Shown in pieces: positions 64,000 to 64,000 of a DNA stretch of 64,000 nucleotides. The notes under the pieces were generated by a model. That model made no database searches, was not told where the DNA came from, and saw nothing but the letters and a program-made list of their open reading frames with translations. The translations under genes were made by a program, and so were the position numbers. The DNA is from an uncultured delta proteobacterium (GTDB taxonomy: Bacteria; Myxococcota; UBA727; VGSZ01): positions 768,001 to 832,000 of the forward strand of contig CAVZJB010000011.1 of NCBI GenBank assembly GCA_963775425.1, written 5' to 3'. Positions within the stretch are counted from its first letter, which is position 1, and each line of letters starts with the position of its first letter.

Positions 64000-64000
64000 G

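Overview
High-GC (visibly >70%) bacterial chromosome segment, most consistent with a Myxococcota/Deltaproteobacteria-like organism (many lipoproteins, Gly-Glu repeat linkers, PP2C, alternative complex III with caa3 oxidase). The left half (1-28 kb) is mostly core-like: a MoxR/DUF58/DUF4350/DUF4129 operon interrupted by an opposite-strand Ig-fold gene, dsbD, M23 peptidase, PP2C, a fused 2-oxoacid dehydrogenase E1, a repeat-rich membrane pseudokinase, a TetR-controlled amidohydrolase/fatty-acid-hydroxylase pair, tRNA-Ser, hemN, topA and tRNA-Arg(ACG). Directly after tRNA-Arg lie a probable serine-recombinase remnant and a ~1 kb non-coding mosaic. It holds five att-like repeats whose core matches the tRNA 3' end, GTAG-type REP doublets and a displaced terminator, and is the most unusual structure in the window. 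It is followed by an arsRDA operon with an ArsC-VOC fusion and no efflux pump, secreted lipoproteins (di-heme, VWA, P460-like), a PAS kinase, ppsA, an actABCDEFG-coxBACD respiratory cluster, otsB, GH15 and MscS. Several single-base frameshifts sit at GATC sites or homopolymers and are probably long-read errors. All family assignments come from motif recognition by eye; no database searches were run.
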